Assembly: GCA_964344725.1 (NCBI GenBank)
Contig: CAYFOI010000003.1
Span: forward strand, 1,520-65,519
Direction: 5' to 3'
From: an uncultured Candidatus Peribacteria bacterium
GTDB taxonomy: Bacteria; Patescibacteriota; Gracilibacteria; UBA1369; UBA12470
Length of the DNA: 64,000 bases
The notes beneath the pieces were generated by a model. The model did not search any database, was not told the origin of the DNA, and saw only the letters and a list, made by a program, of their open reading frames with translations. This document shows positions 44,568 through 53,157 of this stretch, piece after piece. The position numbers were made by a program, and so were the translations under genes. The stretch's first letter is position 1; every line of letters begins with the position of its first letter.

Positions 44568-45500
44568 ATGTTTTCCAAAGGTTCACACTTGCTTTCTTCA
44601 AAAGATCTGACTCGCGAAGATCTTCTGAAGATTTTTGAGGAGGCTGACAAAATGCTTCCTATTGCTCGTAAGGAGCAAAGTTCAGATATTATGAAAGGCA
44701 AAGTTATTGCAGCGCTTTTTTATGAGCCGTCGACTAGGACGAGGTTTAGTTTTGAGACTGCGATGCTTAGGCTCGGGGGGTCTATTATTAGTAATTTCCA
44801 GATGATGCAGACTTCTTCTGCGAAGAAGGGAGAGACGCTGTTTGATACTGGTCGTGTTGTAGGGAAATTTGCGGATGTGATTGCTATTAGGCATCCGGAG
44901 TCTGGGGCTGCAGCTCGACTTGCTGAGGGGGCTGAGGTGCCAGTTATTAATGCTGGAGATGGCCCTAGCGATCATCCGACGCAGGGGCTTTTGGATGTTT
45001 TTACTATTTGGAAGGAATTCGGTGGGATTGAGGGGCTTACGATTGGAATGGTTGGCGATCTTAAGTATGGGCGTGTGCCGCATGCTCAGTGTGAGTTTTT
45101 GAAGAATTTTACAGGTTTGAAATTCGTTTTTGTTGCGCCTGATGCGCTCAAGATGCCTCGTAAGATTGTTGAGGATCTTGAATCTGCTGGGCATGAAGTT
45201 GTTGAAACTGATGATCTCGACTCTGTGATTTGTGAATTGCAAGTTATTGGTCATACGCGAATTCAGCAAGAAAGGTTTGAATCAGAAGAGGAGTATCAGA
45301 AATACAAGGGTGTGTATGTGATTGATGAGGAAACGATGGAGAAGGCTCGGGAAGACATGATCTTGATGCATCCGCTGCCGCGTGTTGATGAGTTGGCTGT
45401 TACGGTTGACGAAGATGATCGTGCGAAGTATTTCGAGCAGGTTACGAATGGTGTTGCGGTGAGGATGGCGTTGATTAAGTCAGTAGTTAGTAGTCAGTAG
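44568..45500 (+). CDS. pyrB: Aspartate carbamoyltransferase catalytic subunit
   Basis: Motifs EPSTRTRFSFE, HPTQGLLD and HPLPRVDEL. Confidence 0.93.
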   Translation: MFSKGSHLLSSKDLTREDLLKIFEEADKMLPIARKEQSSDIMKGKVIAALFYEPSTRTRFSFETAMLRLGGSIISNFQMMQTSSAKKGETLFDTGRVVGKFADVIAIRHPESGAAARLAEGAEVPVINAGDGPSDHPTQGLLDVFTIWKEFGGIEGLTIGMVGDLKYGRVPHAQCEFLKNFTGLKFVFVAPDALKMPRKIVEDLESAGHEVVETDDLDSVICELQVIGHTRIQQERFESEEEYQKYKGVYVIDEETMEKAREDMILMHPLPRVDELAVTVDEDDRAKYFEQVTNGVAVRMALIKSVVSSQ

Positions 45501-45576
45501 GAATAAGCTCGTTGCGGTGTTGATATTTATTTTTTTGTGGTATAATTAAGTGATATTTATTTAAAAACAAATTATT

Positions 45577-46239
45577 ATGGGATTCGGAGAAAATCCAAGG
45601 GCTGCTATGGCAGCGGCGTTGTTAGCACTTACTACATTGGCTGGAAGTTGTGATAAGCCAGCTGCTGATGTAGATGCTAGTGCTGTCCCGACAGCTAGAG
45701 GGGCTGAACTGGTTGAAGATTTGCGTGTTGAGGGACAGGAGTTGGTTGATGAGGCTAATGGGCCTGGTGAGGGCAGGATGTATGGGTTTGGTGGTGTTGC
45801 GGCGCATCAGGTTGGAGAGTTTTATGGAGCTTACGGAGATGCGGCTCAAGAACTGCAAGCAATGGGGGATTATGCTGGGTTGGCTGCGTTAGATACCGAA
45901 GTGCAAGCTGTTTATGCTCAGCTTGTTGATTATCCTGAGGGTCAGGAGAGTATGGTTAATCTTGATTTGGCTATGGCTGCTGGACAGGCTTTTCTTGATG
46001 AATTGGCGGGAATTGAGAAAAAGGATGTGACTTATGGAATTCCTCAACTTACTACTGCTGCTAAGCAGAAGTATATTGAATTTGAAGTTGCGTGTTTGCG
46101 TGCTGGCGAGTCAGTGGATCCTATTCGTGACGATATTTATTCTCGGGTTCCTGAGCACCTTAGAGGCGAGGTTGAATCGGGTAGATCAGCAGCTATGGAC
46201 GAAGCTCGAAAAGTATTGTTTGGGGGAGGAGCTGAATAG
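45577..46239 (+). CDS. Hypothetical secreted protein or possible lipoprotein (220 aa), inserted between pyrB and pyrC
   Basis: N-terminus AAMAAALLALTTLAGSCDKP, which is lipobox-like. The rest is an Ala/Glu-rich helical region. TGGTATAAT at 45538-45546 is an extended -10 candidate upstream. Confidence 0.5.
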   Translation: MGFGENPRAAMAAALLALTTLAGSCDKPAADVDASAVPTARGAELVEDLRVEGQELVDEANGPGEGRMYGFGGVAAHQVGEFYGAYGDAAQELQAMGDYAGLAALDTEVQAVYAQLVDYPEGQESMVNLDLAMAAGQAFLDELAGIEKKDVTYGIPQLTTAAKQKYIEFEVACLRAGESVDPIRDDIYSRVPEHLRGEVESGRSAAMDEARKVLFGGGAE

Positions 46240-46286
46240 ATTAAAAACTTGCTCTTATCTCGTAGTGCTTATATTTTGTAAGTACT

Positions 46287-46316
46287 ATGAAAAAGTTACT
46301 TCTCAGAAATGGTTAG
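46287..46316 (+). pseudogene. Diverged copy of the first 9 codons of pyrC (decoy mini-ORF MKKLLLRNG-stop)
   Basis: ATGAAAAAGTTACTTCTCAGAAATGGT aligns with pyrC ATGACAAAACTACTCCTAAGAAACGGT. There are 6 differences and 5 are synonymous. A TAG follows immediately. The copy is in frame with pyrC, 132 nt upstream. Confidence 0.65.
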
Positions 46317-46383
46317 AAATTCAGTAATCTCTCTTGCTCCCGTGCCTAGTCGGACAAGGTCGCTCGATAGATTCTGAATTTCT
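46315..46383. repeat. Hairpin element, family 2, copy 2
   Basis: The arms AGAAATTCAG(T)AATCT and AGATTCTGAATTTCT form 15 bp with 1 bulge. The 38-nt loop starts CTCTTGCTCCCG and ends AAGGTCGCTCGAT. Confidence 0.7.
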
Positions 46384-46418
46384 TAATTAGTTTTTATAAT
46401 ATAATTCTTCTTACTGTT

Positions 46419-47717
46419 ATGACAAAACTACTCCTAAGAAACGGTACAGTTGTAAGCTCTCAGGGGAAACAGCGGGCTGATGTTCTTTGTGAAAACGGAA
46501 AAATCCTGAAGGTTGAGGAGGATATTACGGTTGTTGATGATATGGAAATTATTGATTGTGAGGGCCAGTTCATTATCCCTGGTGTGATCGATACGCATGT
46601 GCATTTGCGTGAGCCGGGTGGTGAGTATAAGGAAGATTTTATTACTGGGTCGAAAGCTGCGGCTCGAGGTGGAGTTACGACAGTTCTTGATATGCCGAAT
46701 AATAGTCCTGTTACAGATTCGGTTGAGACCCTTGAGGCTAAATATGAGATGGCGAAGGGGCGGATGCTTGTTAACTATGGGTTTTATATTGCGGCGACTG
46801 GTTCGAATATTGAGGAATTAAAAAAAGCTGATCGTGCGTGTGGAGTTAAGCTCTTTATGGGTAAGTCGACTGGAGATATTGTTGTAGAGGATGGTCTTGA
46901 TGAAATTTTTGAATTTTGCAAAGAAAGAACGCTTGTTGTTCATGCTGAGGATGAGGAGCGGATTGAGGCTCGAAAGAAGGAATTTGCAGATGTGGATGAT
47001 CCGTCTGTGCATTCTTTGATTCGCGATGAAGAAGCTGCGTATTTAGCGGTTAAGACGGCACTGCATTTGGCGAAAAAGTATGACACTAAGCTTCATATTG
47101 CTCATTTAAGTACTGCTCGTGAGGTTGAGTCTTTGCGGAAATTCCATGGAGATTACGTGACTGCTGAGGCTGCAACTCATCACCTATTTTTAACTACTGA
47201 TGCTTATTCTGAAAAGGGAACTCTTGTTCAAATGAACCCTCCGCTTCGAGAAGTTGGTGATAAGGATGCTCTTTGGGATGCTCTTCGTGAAGGTGTTATT
47301 GATACGGTTATTACAGATCATGCGCCTCATACTCTTGATGAAAAAGGGAAGCGCTATGGGGAGGCTCCTTCTGGTGTACCAGGGCTTGAGACGCTTTTGC
47401 CTCTGATGCTCGATTGTGTTAACCATGGAGATCTTACTTTTGAGAAAATGGTTGAGGTGCTATGCGAAAAGCCTGCCGAGATTTTTGAGCTAGATCGCAA
47501 GGGGCAGATTGCAGAGGGGTATGATGCGGATTTGACGGTTGTGGATATGAGTCGTGAGGAAGTTGTTGGCGAAAAAGGCTACCATTCAAAGTGTGGTTGG
47601 TCTCCTTATGATGGTTGGAAGCTTATTGGATGGCCAGTTGTGACGGTTGTGAATGGCGAGGTTGTGATGCGAGGTGGGGCGGTAGAGGAGAAATTTGTGG
47701 GGGGGGCGGTTTTTTAA
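46419..47717 (+). CDS. pyrC: Dihydroorotase
   Basis: Motifs GVIDTHVHLREPG, VHAED and TDHAPH; 432 aa. Confidence 0.92.
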   Translation: MTKLLLRNGTVVSSQGKQRADVLCENGKILKVEEDITVVDDMEIIDCEGQFIIPGVIDTHVHLREPGGEYKEDFITGSKAAARGGVTTVLDMPNNSPVTDSVETLEAKYEMAKGRMLVNYGFYIAATGSNIEELKKADRACGVKLFMGKSTGDIVVEDGLDEIFEFCKERTLVVHAEDEERIEARKKEFADVDDPSVHSLIRDEEAAYLAVKTALHLAKKYDTKLHIAHLSTAREVESLRKFHGDYVTAEAATHHLFLTTDAYSEKGTLVQMNPPLREVGDKDALWDALREGVIDTVITDHAPHTLDEKGKRYGEAPSGVPGLETLLPLMLDCVNHGDLTFEKMVEVLCEKPAEIFELDRKGQIAEGYDADLTVVDMSREEVVGEKGYHSKCGWSPYDGWKLIGWPVVTVVNGEVVMRGGAVEEKFVGGAVF

Positions 47718-48490
47718 TTCGTAGCTTCTGGTTCTGGAGTTGTTTCAACCAATATATCCTGTATGGCCTCCATAGCCGCCTGAAATCCTTTTTTCCATAT
47801 GCGTCTTTCTGTATGTGGGAATTTGCCTTGTCGTTTAGTTCTTTTTCTTATTGCATCTCTAGACATTCCTGGGTGCGTTGTACACTTGCTTCTAGCTTTT
47901 TTTCTTCTGCGACGAGTGTGTTTCATTTGCTGATATGCTGCGCCATGTATCCTATGAAGAAGTTCTTCTAGCCCATATATTGTTAGGTCCGCTCTTTTGA
48001 GAGACTCTAATGCTCTTGGGTCATGAAAGTTGTCTCCGGCTCTTTCTACATCTTCTAAAATATTGTCACGTTTTTTTCTTGCCGCGTTTAGTTTTTTTAC
48101 TATGTGCTCAGGATCTCTGGCGCCATCTCTAAATATTGCAATAAGCGCTGCTTGGTATTTTAATGTTTGTCTTTTTGTTTGAGGCAATTTTGTATCGTCT
48201 TGAGTTTCGGCTTGCAATGGCAGCAATGTATCATCGGAAGCTTCAACTGATTGAGGTATATCCAAGCCATCTAGCAATGCTTCTCTTGCCGCTAATCTTG
48301 TTCTTCTGATCTTAGTCCTTTGAGATCGTTTCCACTCACTACTTCTTGCGGTAGCTTCCCTTTGCAATCTATGAGCTCCTGGTTCTTCGAAATGTCTATG
48401 TGATAGCTCTAGTCGGTTAGTCCCTTGAGGAACTCTTCCGGTGTTTATGTTTGGTCTTTCGAAGTGTTCTATTCCTTGATTGTTTTGCAT
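47714..48490 (-). CDS. Hypothetical highly basic protein (258 aa), antisense-oriented inside the pyr cluster
   Basis: This is the only long ORF in the 887-nt gap between pyrC and pyrD. It is Arg/Lys/Glu/Gln-rich (RRRRKKARSK; KRTKRQGK) with no hydrophobic segments. Its stop overlaps the pyrC stop within TTTTAATT. Confidence 0.5.
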   Translation of the reverse strand: MQNNQGIEHFERPNINTGRVPQGTNRLELSHRHFEEPGAHRLQREATARSSEWKRSQRTKIRRTRLAAREALLDGLDIPQSVEASDDTLLPLQAETQDDTKLPQTKRQTLKYQAALIAIFRDGARDPEHIVKKLNAARKKRDNILEDVERAGDNFHDPRALESLKRADLTIYGLEELLHRIHGAAYQQMKHTRRRRKKARSKCTTHPGMSRDAIRKRTKRQGKFPHTERRIWKKGFQAAMEAIQDILVETTPEPEATN

Positions 48491-48551
48491 GTGTGTTCGA
48501 ATTATTAATAGCGGCGGCTTATTGTACCTAATTCCTGTTCTCTGTCAACTT

Positions 48552-48580
48552 TTGACTTGGACCATTTTTTCGATTAAAGT
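48552..48580 (+). promoter_or_regulatory. Candidate promoter for pyrD (TTGACT-17-TAAAGT)
   Basis: TTGACT at 48552-48557, a 17-nt spacer, and TAAAGT at 48575-48580. The -35 box is part of the palindrome GTCAACTTTTGAC. Confidence 0.4.
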
Positions 48581-48604
48581 CCTAGCGTCCTATAACCTCC
48601 ACCC

Positions 48605-49555
48605 ATGAACACATCAATTGATTTTTGCGGCGTTAAATTCCCGAACCCTACTGTATTAGCGTCAGGGATTTTGGGTGTAATAGGTGACTCTCTTAAGAAT
48701 GTGGCCGAGATTGGGGCTGGAGGTGTAACCTCCAAGTCTGTTTGGCTTGAGCGTCATGAGGGGCATCCGAATCCGACGATGATGGGGACGGAGCATTACT
48801 ATATCAATGCTGTTGGATTACCTGACGGAGGCATTGAAAAAGCACGTGAAGAGCTTGGGAAGTATATGAATTGGAAAGGTTCTAAGCGCGAAGAGGAGCA
48901 GGTGCCTTTGATAGCAAACATTGTTGCTGGGAAAATTTCTGATTTTGAGCAGATTGCTGCTGAGATTATAAAAATCGAACCCGATATTGTTGAGGTCAAT
49001 ATTAGTTGTCCTAATGTTGAGAATGAATTTGGTCGGCCTTTTGCGGTTAATCCGGATGATGCTGCTGAAGTTACTCGTACTGTGAAACAAGTTATTCAAG
49101 ATATACCTGTTGCAATTAAGTTGTCTCCGAATGTTGCTGATATAAGGGAAATTGCTGTTGCTTGTGAAATGGCTGGTGCCGATGCGATTACTGCTGTTAA
49201 TACTTTTGGCCCAGGGATGGTCATTGATATTGATACTGCTGAGCCGATTTTGGCTAACAAAGTTGGTGGAGTGAGCGGTCCTGGGATTAAGCCTCTGGCT
49301 GTGAAGCGTGTTTGGGATGTTGCTAGCGCAGTTTCTATACCTGTTATTGGTATGGGGGGTGTGACTACTGGTCGAGATATTATTGAGTTTATGATGGCTG
49401 GTGCGAGTCTTGTTGGGATTGGCGCTGGTGTTTATTATCGAGGAGCTGAGATTTTTGCAGAGGCAATGAAGGAGGTTGAAGAGTGGATGAAAGAAGAGGG
49501 TGTGACTGATTTGTCTGAGATTATTGGAAAATCTGTTAAGAAATATAGTCAGTAG
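48605..49555 (+). CDS. pyrD: Dihydroorotate dehydrogenase, class 1B catalytic subunit
   Basis: Motifs FPNPTVLASG, NAVGLPDGG, NISCPNV (active-site Cys) and GGVSGPGIKP. The pyrK gene follows. Confidence 0.9.
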   Translation: MNTSIDFCGVKFPNPTVLASGILGVIGDSLKNVAEIGAGGVTSKSVWLERHEGHPNPTMMGTEHYYINAVGLPDGGIEKAREELGKYMNWKGSKREEEQVPLIANIVAGKISDFEQIAAEIIKIEPDIVEVNISCPNVENEFGRPFAVNPDDAAEVTRTVKQVIQDIPVAIKLSPNVADIREIAVACEMAGADAITAVNTFGPGMVIDIDTAEPILANKVGGVSGPGIKPLAVKRVWDVASAVSIPVIGMGGVTTGRDIIEFMMAGASLVGIGAGVYYRGAEIFAEAMKEVEEWMKEEGVTDLSEIIGKSVKKYSQ

Positions 49556-49631
49556 GATTTAGTCAGTAGTCAGTAGAGAGTAGAATGGAGCGCTTCGCGC
49601 AGGTTAGTAATTAATAAAAAACTTTAAAAAA

Positions 49632-50432
49632 ATGAAAAACGATATACCAAAAATCTTGAAAATTGCAGAGGTTAGAGATGAAAACCCTACTGTTAAGACG
49701 TTTGTTTTCAAGGGTTATGATCTTGGGGCTAAGCCGGGGCAGTTTGTTAACTTATGGATGCCACGGGTTAATGAGAAGCCTTTTTCAGTATCTTATTGTG
49801 ATGAGAACGAATTTTGGTTAACAATTGCTGCGGTTGGAGATTTTACGAAAAAATTGCATGCTGAGTTCAAGGCAGGGGATAAGGTTGGGATTCGTGGGCC
49901 TTATGGAAATGGCTACACGATCCCTGAGAATAAGAAAATCGCTCTTCTTGCTGGTGGATATGGTGCAGCGCCGCTTTATTTTACTGCTCAGGAAGCTGTA
50001 AAGAAGGGTTGTACTGTAGAGTTCGTCGTTGGAGCGCGGAATAAGGATTTACTTCTGTATTTGGATCGAATTGAGCAGGCTGAGGGTATGAATTTGCATG
50101 TTGCTACCGATGATGGATCGAGCGGTGAGCAAGGTTATAATACGCAGATTCTCGAGAAATTGATTGGTGATGTCGATATGGTTATGACTTGTGGCCCGGA
50201 GGTTATGATGAGAGCTGCTATGAATATTTGCGAAAAAGCTGGTAAGCCTATTGAGGTCTCGATTGAAAGGTATATGAAATGCGGATCTGGTGTATGTGGT
50301 AATTGTTGTGTGGATGGATTAGGGGTCCCGGTTTGCCAGAAAGGGCCTGTTATGTCTGGTGAAATGGCTCGAAAAATAAAAGGTTTGGCAGAATTTCATA
50401 GGGATAATGTTGGATTCAAGATAGTTTATTAG
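49632..50432 (+). CDS. pyrK: Dihydroorotate dehydrogenase electron-transfer subunit (FAD/2Fe-2S)
   Basis: Ferredoxin-reductase-like fold motifs (RPFS-like KPFSVS; GGYGAAPL) and a C-terminal Cys cluster (CGSGVCGNCC...PVC). Confidence 0.85.
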   Translation: MKNDIPKILKIAEVRDENPTVKTFVFKGYDLGAKPGQFVNLWMPRVNEKPFSVSYCDENEFWLTIAAVGDFTKKLHAEFKAGDKVGIRGPYGNGYTIPENKKIALLAGGYGAAPLYFTAQEAVKKGCTVEFVVGARNKDLLLYLDRIEQAEGMNLHVATDDGSSGEQGYNTQILEKLIGDVDMVMTCGPEVMMRAAMNICEKAGKPIEVSIERYMKCGSGVCGNCCVDGLGVPVCQKGPVMSGEMARKIKGLAEFHRDNVGFKIVY

Positions 50433-50442
50433 CGGAAGAGGG

Positions 50443-50471
50443 TTGACAGATTGCCCGGAATGAGTTATGAT
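50443..50471 (+). promoter_or_regulatory. Near-consensus sigma70 promoter (TTGACA-17-TATGAT) for the vWA gene
   Basis: TTGACA at 50443-50448, a 17-nt spacer, and TATGAT at 50466-50471. It lies 28 nt upstream of the ATG at 50500. Confidence 0.6.
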
Positions 50472-50499
50472 TATGGTCTAGGAAGTAATATCTTCAATT

Positions 50500-51240
50500 A
50501 TGAATCAGCAGCGTAAAGGTTTAGTGCCAGAAGGGCTTAGCAGGCTTGCTAGTAGGGCTTCTACTGGTTTAATGCTGGTTGCTTCTATCGTTTTGATTGG
50601 GGCTTGTGGTGGTAATCGTTATCTTGATGCATATGATGATGATGATAACGTGGGCCGTGTTTCTGCCGGTTGTGGTGATCAGGTTAGACGTCTTCATCAT
50701 TCTACGGAAGATGGTGACCGTCTTACTGATGTTGGTCGTACTATTGAAGAAGGTCTTGAGAGATATCCTGCTGATTTTTATTTGATAGATTTGAGTGGTT
50801 CTATGGGACAGGATGTTGAAGTAATCAGAGCTCATGATTTTCCTGAAGGTGCTGAGGTTTGGGCCTTTAATGCAGGAATGCTTTTCAAGCTTTTTGAACC
50901 GTCTATATCGTATTCTTCGGGAGATACTCCATTGTGGCAATGTTTAGATCGTCTTATCGATCATTATTTGCAAGATCCTGATGGCAAGGAGCTTACTGTG
51001 ATGACTGATGGTGTTGATAATGATTTTAATAATGCTAGTGCTACTCAGACTATGGTTGATGGTATAATTAAGGATGCTAAAGGCAAGAATTTGGTTATTA
51101 ATATGGTTGCTGCTGGTGATTATACCTATGCTCCACAGGGAGTTGTTGATACTATGATGAAGATTCCTAATGAGACTGGTGGTGGACATTTTATTAGAGG
51201 TTTTGAGGAGGATGATAAAGATAAAAGGGAGAGTATATAG
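50500..51240 (+). CDS. von Willebrand factor A-like lipoprotein (246 aa), inserted between pyrK and pyrE
   Basis: Signal peptide plus lipobox (LVASIVLIGAC) and a MIDAS-type motif (YLIDLSGSMG). The later TDG motif (LTVMTDGVDN) is typical of vWA domains. Confidence 0.6.
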   Translation: MNQQRKGLVPEGLSRLASRASTGLMLVASIVLIGACGGNRYLDAYDDDDNVGRVSAGCGDQVRRLHHSTEDGDRLTDVGRTIEEGLERYPADFYLIDLSGSMGQDVEVIRAHDFPEGAEVWAFNAGMLFKLFEPSISYSSGDTPLWQCLDRLIDHYLQDPDGKELTVMTDGVDNDFNNASATQTMVDGIIKDAKGKNLVINMVAAGDYTYAPQGVVDTMMKIPNETGGGHFIRGFEEDDKDKRESI

Positions 51241-51303
51241 TTTTCTCTTTTTTTGAAGATGTGGCATAATGCGCAGCGTCTCTATTCGCTTAATCTTCAA
51301 AAA

Positions 51304-51951
51304 ATGGAAAATGTATCAAAGGAAGTTGCTGGTGCTTTGCTTGGTATTGGCGCTGTGAAAGTTAGTATGGATCCGCCGTTTCAGTGGGTTTCTGGAATAA
51401 AATCTCCTGTTTATTGTGATAATCGCATGATGATTTCGCATGTTGCTGAGAGACAAATCGTTGTTGATGCTTTTAAGAAAATGGTTGCAGATCTTGATTA
51501 TGATCCTGATTACATTGGTGGAACTGCTACTGCAGCTATACCTTGGGCTGGATTTTTGGCTCAGGAACTAGGCAAGCCAATGATTTATATTCGTCCTAAA
51601 AAGAAGGAGCATGGTGCTGGTAAGCAGATTGAAGGTGATCTTGAAGCTGGCAAAAAGGTTCTTATAATTGAAGATCTTATTTCTACTGGCGGAAGTAGTG
51701 TTCGTGCTGCGCAGGCTGTTCGTGAAGAAGGCCAGTGTGAAGTGAGCGACATTTTCGCAATTGTTACTTGGGAAATGGGTAAATCTAAAACTGCTTTCGA
51801 AGAGGCTGGTATCAATTTAACAACACTTACTGGTTTTACTGACCTAATTGGCCTTGCTGAGGAGAGATCTGATATTACTTCTGAACAAGCTGGGATGATT
51901 CATAAGTTCAAGGAAGATCCTGCTGGATGGTGGGATGTAGTATCGTCTTAA
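51304..51951 (+). CDS. pyrE: Orotate phosphoribosyltransferase
   Basis: PRPP-binding motif VLIIEDLISTGGS, plus FQWVSGIKSPVYCDNR. I trimmed the track ORF (51253) to the ATG at 51304 (MENVSKEVAG...), which matches the usual OPRTase N-terminus. Confidence 0.88.
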   Translation: MENVSKEVAGALLGIGAVKVSMDPPFQWVSGIKSPVYCDNRMMISHVAERQIVVDAFKKMVADLDYDPDYIGGTATAAIPWAGFLAQELGKPMIYIRPKKKEHGAGKQIEGDLEAGKKVLIIEDLISTGGSSVRAAQAVREEGQCEVSDIFAIVTWEMGKSKTAFEEAGINLTTLTGFTDLIGLAEERSDITSEQAGMIHKFKEDPAGWWDVVSS

Positions 51952-52033
51952 TGATTCTCGCTCCCGAGAAAGGCCTAATCCCGCTTTGCGGGATTGGTGT
52001 TTCTAAGATCGCTCTAATCATTAAGACGATACT
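51939..52033. repeat. Hairpin element, family 2, copy 3 (stem built from the pyrE 3' end)
   Basis: A perfect 18-bp stem: AGTATCGTCTTAATGATT, which includes the pyrE TAA stop, pairs with AATCATTAAGACGATACT. The 59-nt loop starts CTCGCTCCCG and ends AAGATCGCTCT. The loop contains its own hairpin AATCCCGC-TTT-GCGGGATT (51977-51995). Confidence 0.75.
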
Positions 52034-52125
52034 TGATGTTGATTAGAGCTTATGATTTAGGGTGTAGGATTATTGTGCGACTTGATATATACTCCTCCAT
52101 GCCTAATTTACTAACCTACTAATCA

Positions 52126-53082
52126 ATGAACTTCGCTGACAAACTTATCAAAGCTGTCCAAGAGAAAGGGAACCCAATCTGTGTCGGTCTAGATCCTCGT
52201 TTAGGGCAGATCCCTGGTCAAATAATTTCCAAGATTACCAAAGAAAAAGGGCAGACTAAGGAGGCTGCGGCTGAATGTTTTCTTGAGTTTAATAAGGGAA
52301 TTATAGATGCGGTCTGCGATATCGTACCTGCCTGCAAGCCTCAGATTGCCTTTTATGAGCAGTATGGATTCGCGGGATATTGGGCTTATGAGGAGACTTG
52401 TAAATATGCTCAGGAAAAAGGTTTGATTGTAATTGCTGATGCCAAGCGTAATGATATTGGCTCAACTGCACAGGGGTATGCTGGTGCTTTTCTTGGTGAA
52501 GTTGATCTTTTTGGAGCGAAAGAGTCTGGTTTGGGGGCAGATTCCTTGACCGTGAACGCATATCTTGGTTGGGATGGTATTAAGCCTTTTGTTGAGGCTT
52601 GTAGAGAGCATGGTCGAGGTATTTTCGCTCTTGTTAAGACTTCAAATCCGTCTTCTGGAGAGCTTCAGGATCAAGATTTGGTTGGAGATGGTGTTTCTGA
52701 CGACTTTGCAGAAGGGGATAGAATGAAAGTTTATGAACTTATGGCTCACTATATTGATTCTTGGGGGGCTGATGTTGTTGGAGAGAGTGGATACTCGAGT
52801 GTGGGTGCTGTAGTTGGGGCTACTTATCCTGAGCAGGCGAAAGTTCTTAGGAAAATGATGCCGAAATCTATATTTTTGGTCCCTGGTTATGGTGCTCAAG
52901 GTGGAGGGGCTGCTGATGTTAAGCCTTGTTTTAATGAAGATGGCCTGGGTGCTGTTGTTAATTCGAGTCGGGGGATTATCTTTGCTTATGAAAAAATGGA
53001 TAAGTTCGATGCCGAAAGTTATGCTGATGCAGCGAGGGCTGCATGTGAGACGATGAAGGAAGATTTGGCATCTATTTTTTAG
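52126..53082 (+). CDS. pyrF: Orotidine-5'-phosphate decarboxylase (long, type 2)
   Basis: Motifs ICVGLDP, DAKRNDIGSTA and VPGYGAQGG; 318 aa. Confidence 0.88.
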   Translation: MNFADKLIKAVQEKGNPICVGLDPRLGQIPGQIISKITKEKGQTKEAAAECFLEFNKGIIDAVCDIVPACKPQIAFYEQYGFAGYWAYEETCKYAQEKGLIVIADAKRNDIGSTAQGYAGAFLGEVDLFGAKESGLGADSLTVNAYLGWDGIKPFVEACREHGRGIFALVKTSNPSSGELQDQDLVGDGVSDDFAEGDRMKVYELMAHYIDSWGADVVGESGYSSVGAVVGATYPEQAKVLRKMMPKSIFLVPGYGAQGGGAADVKPCFNEDGLGAVVNSSRGIIFAYEKMDKFDAESYADAARAACETMKEDLASIF

Positions 53083-53103
53083 TTTTCTCTTCTGGACAAC
53101 GGG

Positions 53104-53131
53104 TTGACAAATAGACATGAGGGCGTAAAAT
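53104..53131 (+). promoter_or_regulatory. Sigma70-like promoter (TTGACA-16-TAAAAT) for the 53158 orphan gene
   Basis: TTGACA at 53104-53109, a 16-nt spacer, and TAAAAT at 53126-53131. Confidence 0.55.
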
Positions 53132-53157
53132 GTTTCCTTGCCTTTTAATGAATATGT

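Noticed and set aside
46336-46370. A tRNA-like fragment in the loop of hairpin copy 2 (GCTCCCG-TG-CCTAGTCGGACAAGG...).
   Set aside because: Only an acceptor-like 7-mer and a D-arm-like stretch can be drawn. There is no anticodon stem, no T arm (GTTCRANYC) and no 3' acceptor strand. The resemblance is too weak to call even a pseudogene.
46314-46418. Amber read-through or T4 gene-60-style translational bypass joining the pyrC decoy (GGT TAG + hairpin) to pyrC, since everything is in one frame.
   Set aside because: TAG is an ordinary stop for prs, uvrB, pyrB and pyrD. Three TAGs would have to be passed, and the gap of about 100 nt is far longer than known bypass gaps. pyrC has its own ATG with the full N-terminus. 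The rpiB decoy is out of frame with rpiB.
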